A program made the position numbers and the translations under genes. From Clostridiaceae bacterium (lineage in GTDB: Bacteria > Bacillota > Clostridia > Oscillospirales > Acutalibacteraceae): 64,000 nucleotides of DNA. This document shows, in pieces, positions 37,154 to 48,621 of this stretch. The DNA lies in the NCBI GenBank assembly GCA_016280595.1, contig JAEEHB010000034.1, forward strand, positions 1,073 through 65,072. Reading direction: 5' to 3'. Below the pieces are notes generated by a model that worked only from the letters and a program-made list of their open reading frames with translations, had not been told where the DNA came from and searched no databases. The stretch's first letter is position 1; the number at the start of each line of letters is the position of its first letter.

Positions 37154-38491
37154 TCAAAGTCCGAATATATCCGAAAAACCGGTTCCGTTTTCGGGGTCGA
37201 CGCCTATGCCTTTTGCGGCGTCCTGAGCGCAGAGTCTGATAAAGCCCTCGTCAAAATCTTCAAGCGCAACGGGAGTGCTCTCGCCGCTGAGCATATTTTT
37301 GACATTGACCGTGCCCTGAGCAATTTCATCGCTGCCTATAACGGCCGTATATCTCGCGCCGATTTTGTCGGCATATTTCATCTGTGCCTTGAGCGACCTG
37401 CCCACTATATCCGTCTGCGCGGAGACGAAGTTTGAGCGCAGCTCGGAAACAAGAGCCATAGCCCTGATTCCCGCTTCGGTGTCCATAGGAGCGATATAGA
37501 TATCACAGCCGCTGTCATCGGGCAGGACCTTGCCCTGCGATTCCATCACGAGTTTAAGTCTGCCCGTGCCGAGACCGAAGCCGAGCGCGGGTATTACGGG
37601 GCCGCCGAGTTCTTCAATCAGTCCGTCGTATCTTCCGCCGCCGCACACTGTGCCCTGAGCACCGATTTCGCTTGAAATAAACTCAAATACGGTGCGGGTG
37701 TAATAGTCAAGGCCTCTGACTATTCTCGGATTTACGGCGTATTCTATGCACATGCCGTCAAGGTAGTTTTTGACCGCGTCAAAATGCGCTTTGCAGTCGT
37801 CACACAGATAATCGAGGATAACGGGTGACGCGGCGGCAATCTCTTTGCACACGGGGCTTTTGCAGTCAAGAATTCTCATCGGGTTTTTGTCAAGACGGTC
37901 AAGGCAGGTCTGACACAGACTGTCTTTATGCGCCGAAAAATACTCTTTGAGAGCCGCGTGATAGTTCTTTCTGCATTCGGGGCAGCCTATGGAATTGATT
38001 TCGAGGCTGATGCCGCTTATGTCAAGTTCTTCGAATATATGCGAAGCGAGCGAAATGATTTCCGCGTCCGCAGCGGGAGAGGCGGCGCCGAGTGTTTCAA
38101 CGCCGAACTGCTGGAATTCCCTCCATCTGCCCGCCTGAGGTTTTTCGTACCTGTAGCAGTTGAGCAGGTAGCAGAGTTTCTTGGGCAGAGCATCATTGAA
38201 CATGCCGTGCTCAAGGAAAGACCTTACCGCGCCTGCCGTGCCTTCGGGGCGCAGGGTGATTGACCTGCCGCCTTTGTCATCGAAGGTGTACATTTCTTTC
38301 TGCACCACATCCGTTGTTTCGCCCACGCCTCTCTGAAAGAGTTCGGTGTGCTCAAACACGGGCGTGCGTATCTCTCTGAAGCCGAACGAGGCGGCTATGT
38401 CAAAGAGAGTATTTTCAAGGAATCTCTGCTTCCCGGTTTCTTCGGGAAGCATATCCTGAGTGCCTTTTACGGCTTTTGTCAAAAGAGCCAT
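37154..38491 (-). CDS. hisS: Histidine--tRNA ligase
   Basis: LRPEGTA, RYEKPQAGR, RGLDYY, GGGRYDG. Confidence 0.98.
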   Translation of the reverse strand: MALLTKAVKGTQDMLPEETGKQRFLENTLFDIAASFGFREIRTPVFEHTELFQRGVGETTDVVQKEMYTFDDKGGRSITLRPEGTAGAVRSFLEHGMFNDALPKKLCYLLNCYRYEKPQAGRWREFQQFGVETLGAASPAADAEIISLASHIFEELDISGISLEINSIGCPECRKNYHAALKEYFSAHKDSLCQTCLDRLDKNPMRILDCKSPVCKEIAAASPVILDYLCDDCKAHFDAVKNYLDGMCIEYAVNPRIVRGLDYYTRTVFEFISSEIGAQGTVCGGGRYDGLIEELGGPVIPALGFGLGTGRLKLVMESQGKVLPDDSGCDIYIAPMDTEAGIRAMALVSELRSNFVSAQTDIVGRSLKAQMKYADKIGARYTAVIGSDEIAQGTVNVKNMLSGESTPVALEDFDEGFIRLCAQDAAKGIGVDPENGTGFSDIFGL

Positions 38492-38495
38492 ATTC

Positions 38496-38912
38496 TTATC
38501 CTTCTTTGCCTGATTTGGAGTGTACTAAGTTACGCCAGTCAAGGTCGCCTCTTTCGAGCGAGTGAATAATCGCCTCCGCCGTTGCTATATTGGTGGCAAC
38601 GGGGATGTTATGCACATCGCAAAGGCGAAGCAGAGTGGCTTCGTTGGGCTCGTGAGGTTTAGCGGTGAGAGGGTCTCTGAAAAGGAGAAGCAGGTCCACT
38701 TCGTTGCACTGAATTCTGGAAATAATCTGCTGGTCTCCGCCCTGGGAGCCGCTGAAAAACCTTGTGATATCAAGGCCTGTTGCCTCGGCAACGAGTTTGC
38801 CGGTGGTGCCTGTGGCAAAAATATTGTGCCTGCTGAGTATGCCGCAGTATGCGATGCAGAACTGAACCATAAGTTCTTTTTTCGCGTCGTGTGCTATAAG
38901 GGCTATATTCAT
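38496..38912 (-). CDS. mgsA: Methylglyoxal synthase family protein
   Basis: [36 protein letters not shown]. Confidence 0.88.
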   Translation of the reverse strand: MNIALIAHDAKKELMVQFCIAYCGILSRHNIFATGTTGKLVAEATGLDITRFFSGSQGGDQQIISRIQCNEVDLLLLFRDPLTAKPHEPNEATLLRLCDVHNIPVATNIATAEAIIHSLERGDLDWRNLVHSKSGKEG

Positions 38913-38943
38913 TGTGTACCTCCTTGTATTGTTTCAGGGCTGT

Positions 38944-41523
38944 TTATTCCTCGGAACTGCTGTCGGGGGCCTGTGTTTCTTCGTTTTCCTGTGCGGGTGC
39001 TTCGCCTTCCGCGGCGGAAGTATCCGCGCCTTCTTCGTCTTCGGGAATTTCTTCCTCCTCCGCCTTCGTGACGGAAACTGCGGAGATAATCTTGTCACCC
39101 TCGTCAAGTCGGATTATCTTGGTGCCCGTGGCATATTTGCCCTGAACACTCAGCGAATCAACGGGAATTCTTATGATAACGCCGTTGAGAGTGATGAGCA
39201 TAAGGTCATCGTCGGGATTTACGGACTGAACGCTGACAACGAAGCCCGTTTTGTCAACCTTCATATTGAGCTGACCTGCGGTGCCTCTGCCGTGAGTGTC
39301 AAACAGTCTGTCGCCTTCAAGCAGTTTGCCTTTGCCGGTTTCCGTGATTGTGACAACCGGATGGTCCGCCGTCTTGACATCCATACCGACAACGCAGTCG
39401 TCTTCGCCCTTGAGGCGGATTGCTCTCACGCCTGCGGCTGTTCTGCCCATATTTCTTACGGTCTTCTCATCAATGTAGAGAAGTCTGCCGTATTTCGTGC
39501 CTATAAACAGAGTCTGTTCGCCGTCCGTAAGGCGTACCCAGCCGAGTTCGTCGTCTTCGTTGAGGTTGATGGCTCTTATGCCGACCTTACGCAGATTCTT
39601 GAAATTGTCGAGGGAGGTCTTCTTGATGACACCCTTCTTTGTCTGCATAACGAGATAAACATTTTCCTCGCCGAAGTTCGGCACTTTGATCATTGCCGTA
39701 ATTCTTTCGCCGGGATTAATCTGCAACACATTTACAACATTTGTGCCTTTTGCGTTCTTGGAGCCTTCGGGCACTTCATAGCCCTTCATACGGAAGGCTC
39801 TGCCCTGGTTGGTGAAGCACATAATGAAATCGTGAGTGGAGCAGGTGAACAGCGATTTGACCGTGTCTTCGTCTCTGGTCTTTACGCCTCTGCTTCCTCT
39901 GCCGTTTCTGTTCTGCTGCCTGTATTCCGAGGCGGGCGTGCGCTTGATATAACCCATTTCGGTAAGGGTGAACACGCATTCCTCTTCGGGAATCAGGTCT
40001 TCGATATCCACTTCGCCGCTGACATCGACTATCTCCGTTCTTCTGTCGTCACCGTATTTGTCTCTGATAGCGGTGAGTTCATCCTTAAGAACGCCCTTGA
40101 GCATCGTTTCGTCGGAGAGAAGCGAGCGGTAGTAAGCAATCTTTTCTTCGAGTTCCTTGTATTCGTTTTCGAGTTTTTCGTGGTCAAGCCCCTGCAATGC
40201 TTTCAGACGCATATCGAGGATGGCCTGAGCCTGAATTTCATCGAGCGAGAAGCGGTCCATAAGTTTCTGCTTCGCGTCGTCGTAACTTGTGCGGATTATA
40301 TGAATAACTTCATCTATATTATCCTGCGCGATAATAAGACCTTCGAGCAGGTGGGCTCTTTCAAGCGCCTTCTTGAGAAGGAAATCGGTCCTTCTGCGTA
40401 TAACCTGCTTCTGGAAGGCGATATACTCATCAAAGTATTCTTTGAGAGTGAGCACCTTCGGCTGCTTCTGGTCGTCAACAAGGGCGCGCATTATGATGCT
40501 GAAAGAGGACTGCATCTCCGTCTGGCTGTAGAGTTTGTTGAGCACAACCTGCGCGTTTGCGTCTCTCTTGAGTTCGATGACTATGCGCATACCGTTTCTG
40601 TCGCTCTCGTCGCGAAGGTCTGATATGCCGTCAATGCGCTTGTCTCTGACCTGCTCGGCAATCTTCTTTATGAGCGCGCGTTTCTTTACAAGGTAGGGGA
40701 GTTCTGTGACGATGATTCTCGTCCTGTTTTCTCTGCCGTATTCCTCAAACTCAGTCCTCGCTCTGATAACCACCTTGCCTCTGCCGGTGGCGTAAGCGGC
40801 TCTGATGCCGGCTCTGCCCATGATTATGCCTTTGGTCGGGAAATCGGGGCCCTTTATGAACTGCATCATATCGTCAAGCGTGGCATCCGGATTTTCGAGC
40901 ACGCAGATGCACGCGTCAATCGCCTCTCTGAGGTTGTGCGGCGGAATGCTTGTGGTCATACCTACCGCGATACCCTGCGAGCCGTTTACGATAAGGTTGG
41001 GAAATCTTGAGGGAAGCGCCTTGGGCTCTTTGCAGCTTTCGTCAAAGTTGGGCACCCAGTCAACCGTATCTTTCTCGATATCGTCGAGCATATGGTTGCT
41101 GATTTTGCTCAGCCTCGCTTCAGTGTATCTGTAAGCGGCAGGGGGGTCGCCGTCAACCGAGCCGAAGTTGCCATGGCCTTCAACGAGCATATATCTCATT
41201 GAGAAGTCCTGAGCAAGACGTACCATTGCGTCATAAACGGAAGTATCGCCGTGCGGATGATATTTACCGAGCACGTCGCCTACGCAGGTGGCGGCTTTCT
41301 TGAAAGGTTTGTCGCTTGTGAGGTTATCCTCATAGAGCGTGTAGAGAATTCTGCGGTGAACGGGTTTCAGGCCGTCTCTCACATCGGGGAGCGCTCTGTC
41401 GACTATGACGGACATGGCATAATCCAGCAGCGCGGCTTTCATTTCGGGTACGATATCCGAGGTGGTTATGACCTGATTCGGAAACAGAATATCTTCGGGT
41501 TTGTAATCTCTCTTATGTGCCAT
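38944..41523 (-). CDS. gyrA: DNA gyrase subunit A
   Basis: [21 protein letters not shown], catalytic RYTE, GyrA-box-like QNRNGRG, pinwheel repeats, acidic tail. Confidence 0.93.
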   Translation of the reverse strand: MAHKRDYKPEDILFPNQVITTSDIVPEMKAALLDYAMSVIVDRALPDVRDGLKPVHRRILYTLYEDNLTSDKPFKKAATCVGDVLGKYHPHGDTSVYDAMVRLAQDFSMRYMLVEGHGNFGSVDGDPPAAYRYTEARLSKISNHMLDDIEKDTVDWVPNFDESCKEPKALPSRFPNLIVNGSQGIAVGMTTSIPPHNLREAIDACICVLENPDATLDDMMQFIKGPDFPTKGIIMGRAGIRAAYATGRGKVVIRARTEFEEYGRENRTRIIVTELPYLVKKRALIKKIAEQVRDKRIDGISDLRDESDRNGMRIVIELKRDANAQVVLNKLYSQTEMQSSFSIIMRALVDDQKQPKVLTLKEYFDEYIAFQKQVIRRRTDFLLKKALERAHLLEGLIIAQDNIDEVIHIIRTSYDDAKQKLMDRFSLDEIQAQAILDMRLKALQGLDHEKLENEYKELEEKIAYYRSLLSDETMLKGVLKDELTAIRDKYGDDRRTEIVDVSGEVDIEDLIPEEECVFTLTEMGYIKRTPASEYRQQNRNGRGSRGVKTRDEDTVKSLFTCSTHDFIMCFTNQGRAFRMKGYEVPEGSKNAKGTNVVNVLQINPGERITAMIKVPNFGEENVYLVMQTKKGVIKKTSLDNFKNLRKVGIRAINLNEDDELGWVRLTDGEQTLFIGTKYGRLLYIDEKTVRNMGRTAAGVRAIRLKGEDDCVVGMDVKTADHPVVTITETGKGKLLEGDRLFDTHGRGTAGQLNMKVDKTGFVVSVQSVNPDDDLMLITLNGVIIRIPVDSLSVQGKYATGTKIIRLDEGDKIISAVSVTKAEEEEIPEDEEGADTSAAEGEAPAQENEETQAPDSSSEE

Positions 41524-41535
41524 AATGCCACCTCC

Positions 41536-43605
41536 TTATATATCAAGATTAGTAACGTATTTCGCGTTTTCTTCTATCCACTCGCGTCTCGGGTCAACTT
41601 CTTCGCCCATGAGCAGAGTGAATATCTCGTCCGCAAGGATTGCGTCGGAGAGCGTGATTCTTCTGAGTGTGCGCGTTTCGGGATTCATTGTGGTATCCCA
41701 GAGTTCGTGGTAATCCATTTCGCCGAGACCTTTGAAACGGCTGATATCGATTTTCGTATCCGCCTTGTCGCCTCTCATCTCTGCGGAGACTTTATCTCTC
41801 TCTTCGTCGGAGTAGGCAACTCTCTGGGTTTTGCCCTTGGTGAGTTTGTAAAGAGGGGGAACGGCCGAGTAAACATAGCCGTGCTCAATCAGAGGTCTCA
41901 TATATCTGAAGAAGAAGGTGAGCAGCAGGGTGCGGATGTGAGCACCGTCGACATCGGCATCCGACATAATCACTATCTTGTGGTAGCGCAGTTTTTCAAT
42001 GTTGAAATCTTCGCCTATGCCGCAGCCGAAAGCAACAATCAGCGGGCTGAGTTTGTCGTTGCCGTAAACTTTGTCAAGACGTGCCTTTTCAACGTTGAGC
42101 ATCTTGCCCCACATCGGCAGTATCGCCTGGAAGCGGGAGTCTCTGCCCTGGCTCGCGGAGCCCGCGGCGGAGTCGCCCTCAACGATGTATATTTCGCACA
42201 GAGAGGGGTCTCTCTCATTGCAGTCAAGCAGTTTGTCGGGCATCTGTCCGCTTTCGAGGCCGTTCTTTCTTCTTACGGTCTCTCTCGCTTTTCTCGCCGC
42301 TTCTCTCGCCCTGTTGGCGTTGAGCGCTTTTTCGAGAATCATTCTCGCCGCCTGCGGATTATCGTCAAAATACTGTTCAAGACCTTCGGCTACTATTGAG
42401 TTGACGAGAGTCCTCACTTCGGGGTTGCCGAGTTTCGCCTTAGTCTGGCCTTCAAACTGAGCGTTTGTGAGTTTAACCGAAATAACGCAGGCAAGACCTT
42501 CCTGCACGTCTTCGCCGCTCACGCCGCCCTCTTTGATGATTTTGGCTTTTTTGCCGTATTTGTTGATGGCGTTTGTCAGCGCTCTCTTGAAGCCGTCTTC
42601 GTGCATGCCGCCTTCGGGCGTGCGCACGTTGTTGGCAAAGGAGACAATCTTTTTATCGTATGAATCGTTATACTGGAAAGCGAGCTCTGCGAGGATGTCA
42701 TCCTTCTTGCCCGAAAGATAGACTATATCTTCGTGGATGGGCGTCTTATGCTTGTTGAGGAAGGTGACATATTCGTTTATGCCGCCCTCGTAGCACATTG
42801 TCGCGCTGCGGTCCTTCTCCGGCTTTTCGGCGCTTGACGAGCGCAGGTCCTTTATGGTGATTGTAAGGCCCGCGTTGAGGAACGCCTCCTCGCGCATACG
42901 CTTGAACAGAGTGTCGTAATTATACTCGAGCGTGTCGGTAAACATAACCGGGTCGGGCTTGAATCTCACGTGAGTGCCCGTGTGGTCGGTGTCGCCGATT
43001 ATCTTCATTTCCTGCGTGATATCGCCGCGCGAGAATTTCATCTGATGAATTTTGCCGTTTCTGTGCACCTCAACCTCGAGCCACTCGGAAAGGGCGTTTA
43101 CGACCGAGGCGCCAACACCGTGAAGACCGCCGGATACTTTGTATCCGCCGCCGCCGAATTTACCGCCTGCGTGAAGCACGGTGAAAACAACTTCGAGAGC
43201 GCTCTTGCCCGTCTGGTCCTGAGTGTCAACGGGAATGCCTCTGCCGTTGTCGGTAACGCTGATAATGTTGTCTTCCTGAATTTCAACAACGATTTCCGTG
43301 CAGTAGCCTGCAAGCGCTTCGTCAATGGAGTTGTCAACTATCTCATATACAAGGTGATGAAGACCGCTCTCACCTGTGGAGCCGATATACATACCGGGCC
43401 TTTTGCGCACGGCCTCAAGGCCTTCGAGCACCTGAATCTGGCTGGCATCGTAATCTTCGGTGACAACTGTGTTCATCTCGGCACCGAACTCGAAATCTTC
43501 GATATCCTTTTCCGCTTTGGCTATTTCCGCAGCCTCTTCGGGGTCGATTTCGGTCAGTATGCCTTCGTTTTCTTTTTCTTTGTCTTTTTTGATATCCTTA
43601 CTCAA
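41536..43605 (-). CDS. gyrB: DNA gyrase subunit B
   Basis: [36 protein letters not shown]. Confidence 0.95.
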   Translation of the reverse strand: MSKDIKKDKEKENEGILTEIDPEEAAEIAKAEKDIEDFEFGAEMNTVVTEDYDASQIQVLEGLEAVRKRPGMYIGSTGESGLHHLVYEIVDNSIDEALAGYCTEIVVEIQEDNIISVTDNGRGIPVDTQDQTGKSALEVVFTVLHAGGKFGGGGYKVSGGLHGVGASVVNALSEWLEVEVHRNGKIHQMKFSRGDITQEMKIIGDTDHTGTHVRFKPDPVMFTDTLEYNYDTLFKRMREEAFLNAGLTITIKDLRSSSAEKPEKDRSATMCYEGGINEYVTFLNKHKTPIHEDIVYLSGKKDDILAELAFQYNDSYDKKIVSFANNVRTPEGGMHEDGFKRALTNAINKYGKKAKIIKEGGVSGEDVQEGLACVISVKLTNAQFEGQTKAKLGNPEVRTLVNSIVAEGLEQYFDDNPQAARMILEKALNANRAREAARKARETVRRKNGLESGQMPDKLLDCNERDPSLCEIYIVEGDSAAGSASQGRDSRFQAILPMWGKMLNVEKARLDKVYGNDKLSPLIVAFGCGIGEDFNIEKLRYHKIVIMSDADVDGAHIRTLLLTFFFRYMRPLIEHGYVYSAVPPLYKLTKGKTQRVAYSDEERDKVSAEMRGDKADTKIDISRFKGLGEMDYHELWDTTMNPETRTLRRITLSDAILADEIFTLLMGEEVDPRREWIEENAKYVTNLDI

Positions 43606-43621
43606 AGTTCCAACCTCACAA

Positions 43622-44506
43622 TCACATTCCTATTCTTGACGCGGGATTATTTTTCTTTTTCTTCTTTTTGGGCTTGTACGGGGGAGGATTGTCAAGTTTC
43701 ATCCTCGCTCCCTTGCCGTCTCTCGAGCCGAGATATTTATTGACATTTATCACGGGACCCGTGAGCTCGGGGCTCATATAGTCCACACAGTTTGCGAGCA
43801 TCTCCTGGTCGTTGTTCACAGCGCCGAGTATTGTAACACAGATGAGACTTTGTGTTTCGTTGGTGCCGTCGTCATATATTTCGTTAAAGAGTTTGAACAT
43901 ACGCTTCATCGCGGTGGGGTTGTTTTGCTTTATGGTGTCAAGCACAACCTTGTTGCCGTGATTGAGGAAGAAATCCTCGGGCAGGAACTGACCGTACTTG
44001 TCAATGTTTGCCTTGTATTCCGCGCGAAGCTCGGGGAAGATGGTGGTGAATCTGCTCGCGAGGGTGTTCGGGTCATAAGATGAGGAGCCGCTCTGCACAG
44101 CCGCCTTTGAAACGGGCGTGGGCAGTTTTGATTTGACAGGCGCCTTCGCTCCTTTGATGCCGAAGGTTTCAATCACGGTATCAGAAAAATCGTTGACAAC
44201 ATAGCGCACGTCTTTTTCGTTTGCCTCGGCGGGGTCGAAAAGAGTTTCGGTGAGTTTGGAGTAGTCGCTGTCAAGAATTTCGCCTTCTTTGAGCGCGCCG
44301 TAAATCGCTATCTTGTTGTTGAAGTGCTCAATGCGCACCGCCTTGCCGCTGCCGGCAAAGGTGAGAAAGTATCTGCCGGAGTCAATGCTCAGCGGCACTT
44401 CATTTTTGCCGAGACCGTCTGGAAGGAGAGGGGAAAAGCCGCACTTTTCGAGCGTGGGTTTCATGCCCTCGTAAATGTCCTGCAAGAGGTTATAAATATC
44501 TGCCAT
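43622..44506 (-). CDS. Hypothetical protein directly upstream of gyrB
   Basis: 294-aa ORF with RBS AGGAG, host-like codon usage and a Lys-rich tail; no recognised motif. Confidence 0.75.
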   Translation of the reverse strand: MADIYNLLQDIYEGMKPTLEKCGFSPLLPDGLGKNEVPLSIDSGRYFLTFAGSGKAVRIEHFNNKIAIYGALKEGEILDSDYSKLTETLFDPAEANEKDVRYVVNDFSDTVIETFGIKGAKAPVKSKLPTPVSKAAVQSGSSSYDPNTLASRFTTIFPELRAEYKANIDKYGQFLPEDFFLNHGNKVVLDTIKQNNPTAMKRMFKLFNEIYDDGTNETQSLICVTILGAVNNDQEMLANCVDYMSPELTGPVINVNKYLGSRDGKGARMKLDNPPPYKPKKKKKKNNPASRIGM

Positions 44507-44819
44507 TTTATCGTCTCCTGATATCCGGCAGTCCCGTAATACGCCCTGAAAGGGAATCGTGTCACGGAGCCTGCGCGTTATTTCATGCTATTATAACATA
44601 CTACCATTATAATATAGTTCTAATAAAGAAATATCGCGCATAAAATTTTATAAATATTTATATATTTTATAAAGTAAAGGAGGCAAAAAGGCTTTTCCGC
44701 TTTTTCCCGCCTTCTGCAAAGCGGTGCATATTGACAAAAACCCGAATATGTTATAATATACACTGAAATAATATGCGGCGTATTTTGCCGTTATCAAATA
44801 ATAAAGTCGGTGGAAAACT

Positions 44820-45881
44820 ATGAAAAAGAAAGTTCTCATTCTCTTCGGCGGAGTTTCAAGCGAGCACGATGTTTCCCTCGTTTCCGCGTCATCCGTAATC
44901 AAAAATATCCCTGCCGGCAAATACGATGTGCTCACTATGGGCATCACAAAGGACGGCGAGTTTTATCTTTACAAGGGCGATGCGGACAGCATCCCCGAAG
45001 GCGGCTGGCTTAAAGATGAATCTCTGCTCGAAAGAGCGGTTATTTCCCCGGTGCGCTCCCATCACGGCATAATCCACCTCGAAACGGGAGAGACCGAGAG
45101 AATAGATATCGTATTCCCCGTGCTTCACGGCAAAAACGGGGAGGACGGCACAATGCAGGGCCTGCTTGAACTCAGCGGCATTCCCTATGTAGGCTGCAAC
45201 CATCTCTCGTCCGCAATCTGTATGGATAAAGCGTTCACAAACACCGTTGCCGATTTCAGCGGTATCGCTCAGGCAAAGTGGCTCGCTTATACCAAAGAAG
45301 AATACGCAGACGCGCCTGCCGACTGCCTGAAAAAGGCGGAAGAATACCTCGGATACCCCGTTTTCGTTAAGCCCGCAAACGCCGGCTCATCCGTAGGCAT
45401 TTCAAAAGCAAAGAACGCATCCGAATTCGCCGAGGCGTGCAAAACCGCTTTTGAGCATGACAGAAAGATTGTGCTTGAGGAATGCATCGTAGGGCGCGAG
45501 CTTGAATGCGCCGTTATGGGCAACGCACGCCCCGTGGCGTCAACAGTGGGCGAAATAGTACCCTGCAACGATTTTTACGACTATGACGCAAAATACATTG
45601 ACGATAATTCCGCCCTTCACATTCCCGCGAGAATCCCAGCTGAAAAGATAGAAGAAATCAGAGACCTCGCCGTGAAAACCTACAAGGCTCTCGGCTGCTC
45701 GGGGCTCTCAAGAGTAGATTTCTTTATGCACGAGAGCGACGGAAAGATACTGTTCAACGAAATTAACACCATACCGGGCTTCACCTCAATCAGTATGTTC
45801 CCCAAACTGTTCGGAGCAGTCGGAATTCCTTACGGCGAACTGATTGACAGGCTCTTTGAGTATGCGCTTGAAAGACAATGA
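44820..45881 (+). CDS. ddl: D-alanine--D-alanine ligase
   Basis: GGVSSEHDVS, LHGKNGEDG, GSSVG, YDYDAKY, NEINTIPG. Confidence 0.95.
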   Translation: MKKKVLILFGGVSSEHDVSLVSASSVIKNIPAGKYDVLTMGITKDGEFYLYKGDADSIPEGGWLKDESLLERAVISPVRSHHGIIHLETGETERIDIVFPVLHGKNGEDGTMQGLLELSGIPYVGCNHLSSAICMDKAFTNTVADFSGIAQAKWLAYTKEEYADAPADCLKKAEEYLGYPVFVKPANAGSSVGISKAKNASEFAEACKTAFEHDRKIVLEECIVGRELECAVMGNARPVASTVGEIVPCNDFYDYDAKYIDDNSALHIPARIPAEKIEEIRDLAVKTYKALGCSGLSRVDFFMHESDGKILFNEINTIPGFTSISMFPKLFGAVGIPYGELIDRLFEYALERQ

Positions 45882-46303
45882 GAGACGGATATATAACTGT
45901 AATTGACCGCCATTTTGCCGGCGGAGACGAAGAGCCCGGCTGCGGCGAACTCAGAACCGCCTGCCGCATCGGTGCAAAAGACGGCGCGATAATAATCGAA
46001 TACACCGAAATTCTTGACGGTGAGAATGACTGCCGCTGTGTAATCACGCTCACGGAGAAAAGAGTTACGATGATAAGAAGCGGAGTTTTCCGCACAACGA
46101 TTATTTTTGAGAACCGCAAGCGCAATTCCTGCGCCTATCACACGCCTTACGGCGAAATCCTTATCGGAGTGTACACAAACGCACTTTTCTCGGATATGTC
46201 CGAAAGCGGCGGCACTCTGAACCTTGCATACACACTTGATAATTCGGGAGATTTAATCTCAGAAAACGAATTGAAAATATCGGTTGAATTAAAGGAAGAT
46301 TAA
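45878..46303 (+). CDS. DUF1934 (YwiB-like) protein
   Basis: Beta-barrel pattern with YHTPYG; usual position upstream of argS. Confidence 0.8.
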   Translation: MRDGYITVIDRHFAGGDEEPGCGELRTACRIGAKDGAIIIEYTEILDGENDCRCVITLTEKRVTMIRSGVFRTTIIFENRKRNSCAYHTPYGEILIGVYTNALFSDMSESGGTLNLAYTLDNSGDLISENELKISVELKED

Positions 46304-46304
46304 G

Positions 46305-48050
46305 ATGTCAGTATTGGTTAAACAGGCAATAACACAAATAAGAACAGCAATTATGGATGCTGCCGGCAGAGCCGTTGCCGACGGCGAGTTTGAGCCCTGC
46401 CCGCTCAGCGATTTCATTATCGAAGTGCCCGCAAACAGGGCAAACGGTGATTATTCCTCAAACGCCGCAATGGCGTGGGCGAGGGATCTTCACAAGGCTC
46501 CGCGCGCCATCGCGCAGATTCTTGCGGACAGAATGATGCTTGAAGATACCTTTGTCAGCAGGTTTGAAATCGCGGGCCCCGGCTTTATGAATTTCTATCT
46601 TGACGATACATTCGGAGCCTGCATAATCGAGGATATCCTCGAAAAGAAGGAAGATTACGGCAAATCCACATACGGCGGCGGCAGAAAAATCAATGTTGAG
46701 TTTGTTTCCGCCAACCCCACGGGTCCCATGCATATGGGTAACGCAAGGGGAGGTGCTCTGGGCGACTGCCTTGCGAGTGTGCTCGAATGCGCGGGCTACG
46801 AAGTAAGCCGTGAGTTTTATGTGAATGACGCGGGCAATCAGATTGACAAATTCGGTCTCTCGCTCGATATCAGATATCAGCAGCTTTTCCTCGGCGAAAA
46901 CGCCCCCGAACTGCCCGAAGACAGTTATCACGGCGATGATATAATCGAAAGAGCGAAAGAGTTTGCCGGTATTTACGGCGACAAATATATGAGTGTGTCC
47001 GAGCAGGAGCGCAGACAGGCTCTTATCGATTTCGCCCTGCCGAAAAACATTGAAAACATGAAGGTGAATATGAAGAAATACCGTATCAATTACGATACTT
47101 GGTTCCTCGAAAGCACCCTTCATAACGACGGCGAATTAAACGAAATTATCAATATTCTCAAGGAAAAAGGTCTCACTTACGAAAAAGACGGAGCGCTCTG
47201 GTATAAAAACAGCGAAGTGCTCGCCGAAAGGCTCCGCAGAGAGGGCAAGTCCGATGCCGATATTGAAAAACTTGAACTCAAAGACGAAGTGCTCATAAGG
47301 CAAAACGGTAATCCCACCTACTTTGCCGCCGATATAGCCTATCACCGTAACAAACTCGCGGTAAGGGGCTTTGACAGAGCGATAGATGTTTGGGGCGCCG
47401 ACCATCACGGCCATATTGCCAGGATGAAGGGCGCGCTTGACGCCGTAGGTCTTGACGGAGACCGTCTTGATGTGCTGCTTATGCAGCTTGTAAATCTTAT
47501 CAAGGACGGCAAGCCCGTCAAGATGAGCAAGAGAAGCGGCAAGGCAATCACCCTGACCGACCTGCTTGACGAAATTCCCATAGATGCCGTCAGGTTTTTC
47601 TTCAACACCAGAGAGCCCGGCTCACCGATAGATTTTGACCTTGACCTCGCAATTTCGCAAAACAGCGAAAACCCGGTTTATTACTGCCAGTATGCGCACG
47701 CAAGAATATGCTCCATCCTCGCGAAACTCGCCGAGAATAACATTCAGCCGAGAAAATGCACGCTGAAAGAACTTATGCTTCTCAAAGAGGATGAGGAGAA
47801 GGAACTTATCCGCCACCTCGCTTCATATACCGATGAAATCATCTCGGCGGCAAAGTATTACGACCCTGCAAAGATTACGCGCTATGCGGTTGAACTTGCA
47901 ACTCTCTTCCACAAGTTCTATAACGCGCACAGGGTAAACTGCGATGACGAGAGTCTTATGCAGGCGAGGGTGAGTCTGTGTCTGAGTGTTAAGACGGTAC
48001 TGGCGAATATCCTCAATATGTTCAGTATCACGGTCCCCGACAAAATGTAA
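46305..48050 (+). CDS. argS: Arginine--tRNA ligase
   Basis: EFVSANPTGPMHMGN, WGADHHG, KMSKR, YCQYAHAR. Confidence 0.98.
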   Translation: MSVLVKQAITQIRTAIMDAAGRAVADGEFEPCPLSDFIIEVPANRANGDYSSNAAMAWARDLHKAPRAIAQILADRMMLEDTFVSRFEIAGPGFMNFYLDDTFGACIIEDILEKKEDYGKSTYGGGRKINVEFVSANPTGPMHMGNARGGALGDCLASVLECAGYEVSREFYVNDAGNQIDKFGLSLDIRYQQLFLGENAPELPEDSYHGDDIIERAKEFAGIYGDKYMSVSEQERRQALIDFALPKNIENMKVNMKKYRINYDTWFLESTLHNDGELNEIINILKEKGLTYEKDGALWYKNSEVLAERLRREGKSDADIEKLELKDEVLIRQNGNPTYFAADIAYHRNKLAVRGFDRAIDVWGADHHGHIARMKGALDAVGLDGDRLDVLLMQLVNLIKDGKPVKMSKRSGKAITLTDLLDEIPIDAVRFFFNTREPGSPIDFDLDLAISQNSENPVYYCQYAHARICSILAKLAENNIQPRKCTLKELMLLKEDEEKELIRHLASYTDEIISAAKYYDPAKITRYAVELATLFHKFYNAHRVNCDDESLMQARVSLCLSVKTVLANILNMFSITVPDKM

Positions 48051-48057
48051 TCTTCTT

Positions 48058-48285
48058 CGGTCGGCGAATATACGGCAAAAAACAAACAGACAAGTTATAT
48101 AGAAGTGCGGATTTTTAACTCGCACTTCTGTTTTTTATTCGTACTGATTTTCATAGGGAATAATTGTTTTGTCTGTTTTCGGCGTCTTTTCGCCTTTGCC
48201 GTATCTTGATACTGTCTTCAGTCGAAAATACGCCGTTTTTGCTCGTCTCTTCTCCTCCCTAAGTGCCACTCAGGTAGCAAGATTA
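48058..48285 (+). repeat. Structured dispersed repeat, copy C (terminator hairpin 48101-48129)
   Basis: CGGTCGGCGAATATACGGCAAAAAACAAAC head; second hairpin 48181-48234 with GCCGTATCTTGATACTGTCTTC; CTCCTCCCTAAGTGCC tail. Confidence 0.85.
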
Positions 48286-48305
48286 ATAATTGCTTTTTAC
48301 AAATG

Positions 48306-48540
48306 CGCACCCCGTAGGGGTGCGGGTGTCCGGTGGACACCTTCGCGTAACGAAAGCACCGACCGAACCGACAGGTGAGACCGGATATCATCCGCCCGCA
48401 ATACAGGATATGCGGAGCATCATCATCGTCGCTTGCGCCCCTTCATTGCGAATTTCGCATTGCGCATTGCGAATTAACCAATCGTCCCTTAATTCTGCAT
48501 TAATAAAAAGGACTGCAATTGTAATATTGCAGTCCGTTTT
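48306..48540. repeat. REP-like palindromes, heptamer tandem repeats and the opposing gene's terminator
   Basis: CGCACCCCGTAGGGGTGCG, GGTGTCCGGTGGACACC, CGGATATCATCCGCCC...AGGATATGCGGAGCAT; CATTGCG-type 7-mers at 48444-48475; GGACTGCAAT...ATTGCAGTCC. Confidence 0.7.
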
Positions 48541-48621
48541 GCGTTTTATGCTGTTGTTTGGCTGAAAAATGCGCCGATTTGCTTAAAAAACGCCGTTCAC
48601 GGCGTTTTTCGGCGCGGGAGG

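Noticed and set aside
38914-40623. 569-aa plus-strand ORF and other long antisense ORFs (41251-42399, 42970-43743, 58104-59048)
   Set aside because: They lie opposite well-conserved genes and have no motifs of their own; they are shadow frames from codon bias.
38944-43605. Possible parC/parE rather than gyrase
   Set aside because: A GyrA-box-like motif, full C-terminal pinwheel and acidic tail favour gyrase; a phylogeny would settle it.
44820-45881. Possible Van-type D-Ala-D-Lac ligase
   Set aside because: The omega loop YDYDAKY is the D-Ala-D-Ala type and there are no vanH/vanX/vanRS neighbours.
35337-48050. T-box leaders for hisS, aspS or argS
   Set aside because: Upstream gaps are only 1-17 nt and no T-box consensus is visible.
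48181-48234. Hammerhead-like CUGAAGA...GAAA on the minus strand of repeat copy C
   Set aside because: CUGA is not conserved in the other copies (GCGAAGA, CCGACGA, AUGAAGA) and stem II does not close properly.
48169-48565. ORFs 48169-48378 and 48290-48565 (also 54517-54744, 54866-55129, 60891-61268)
   Set aside because: They are translations of the repeat mosaics; their mutual similarity reflects the DNA repeat and frames are not conserved.
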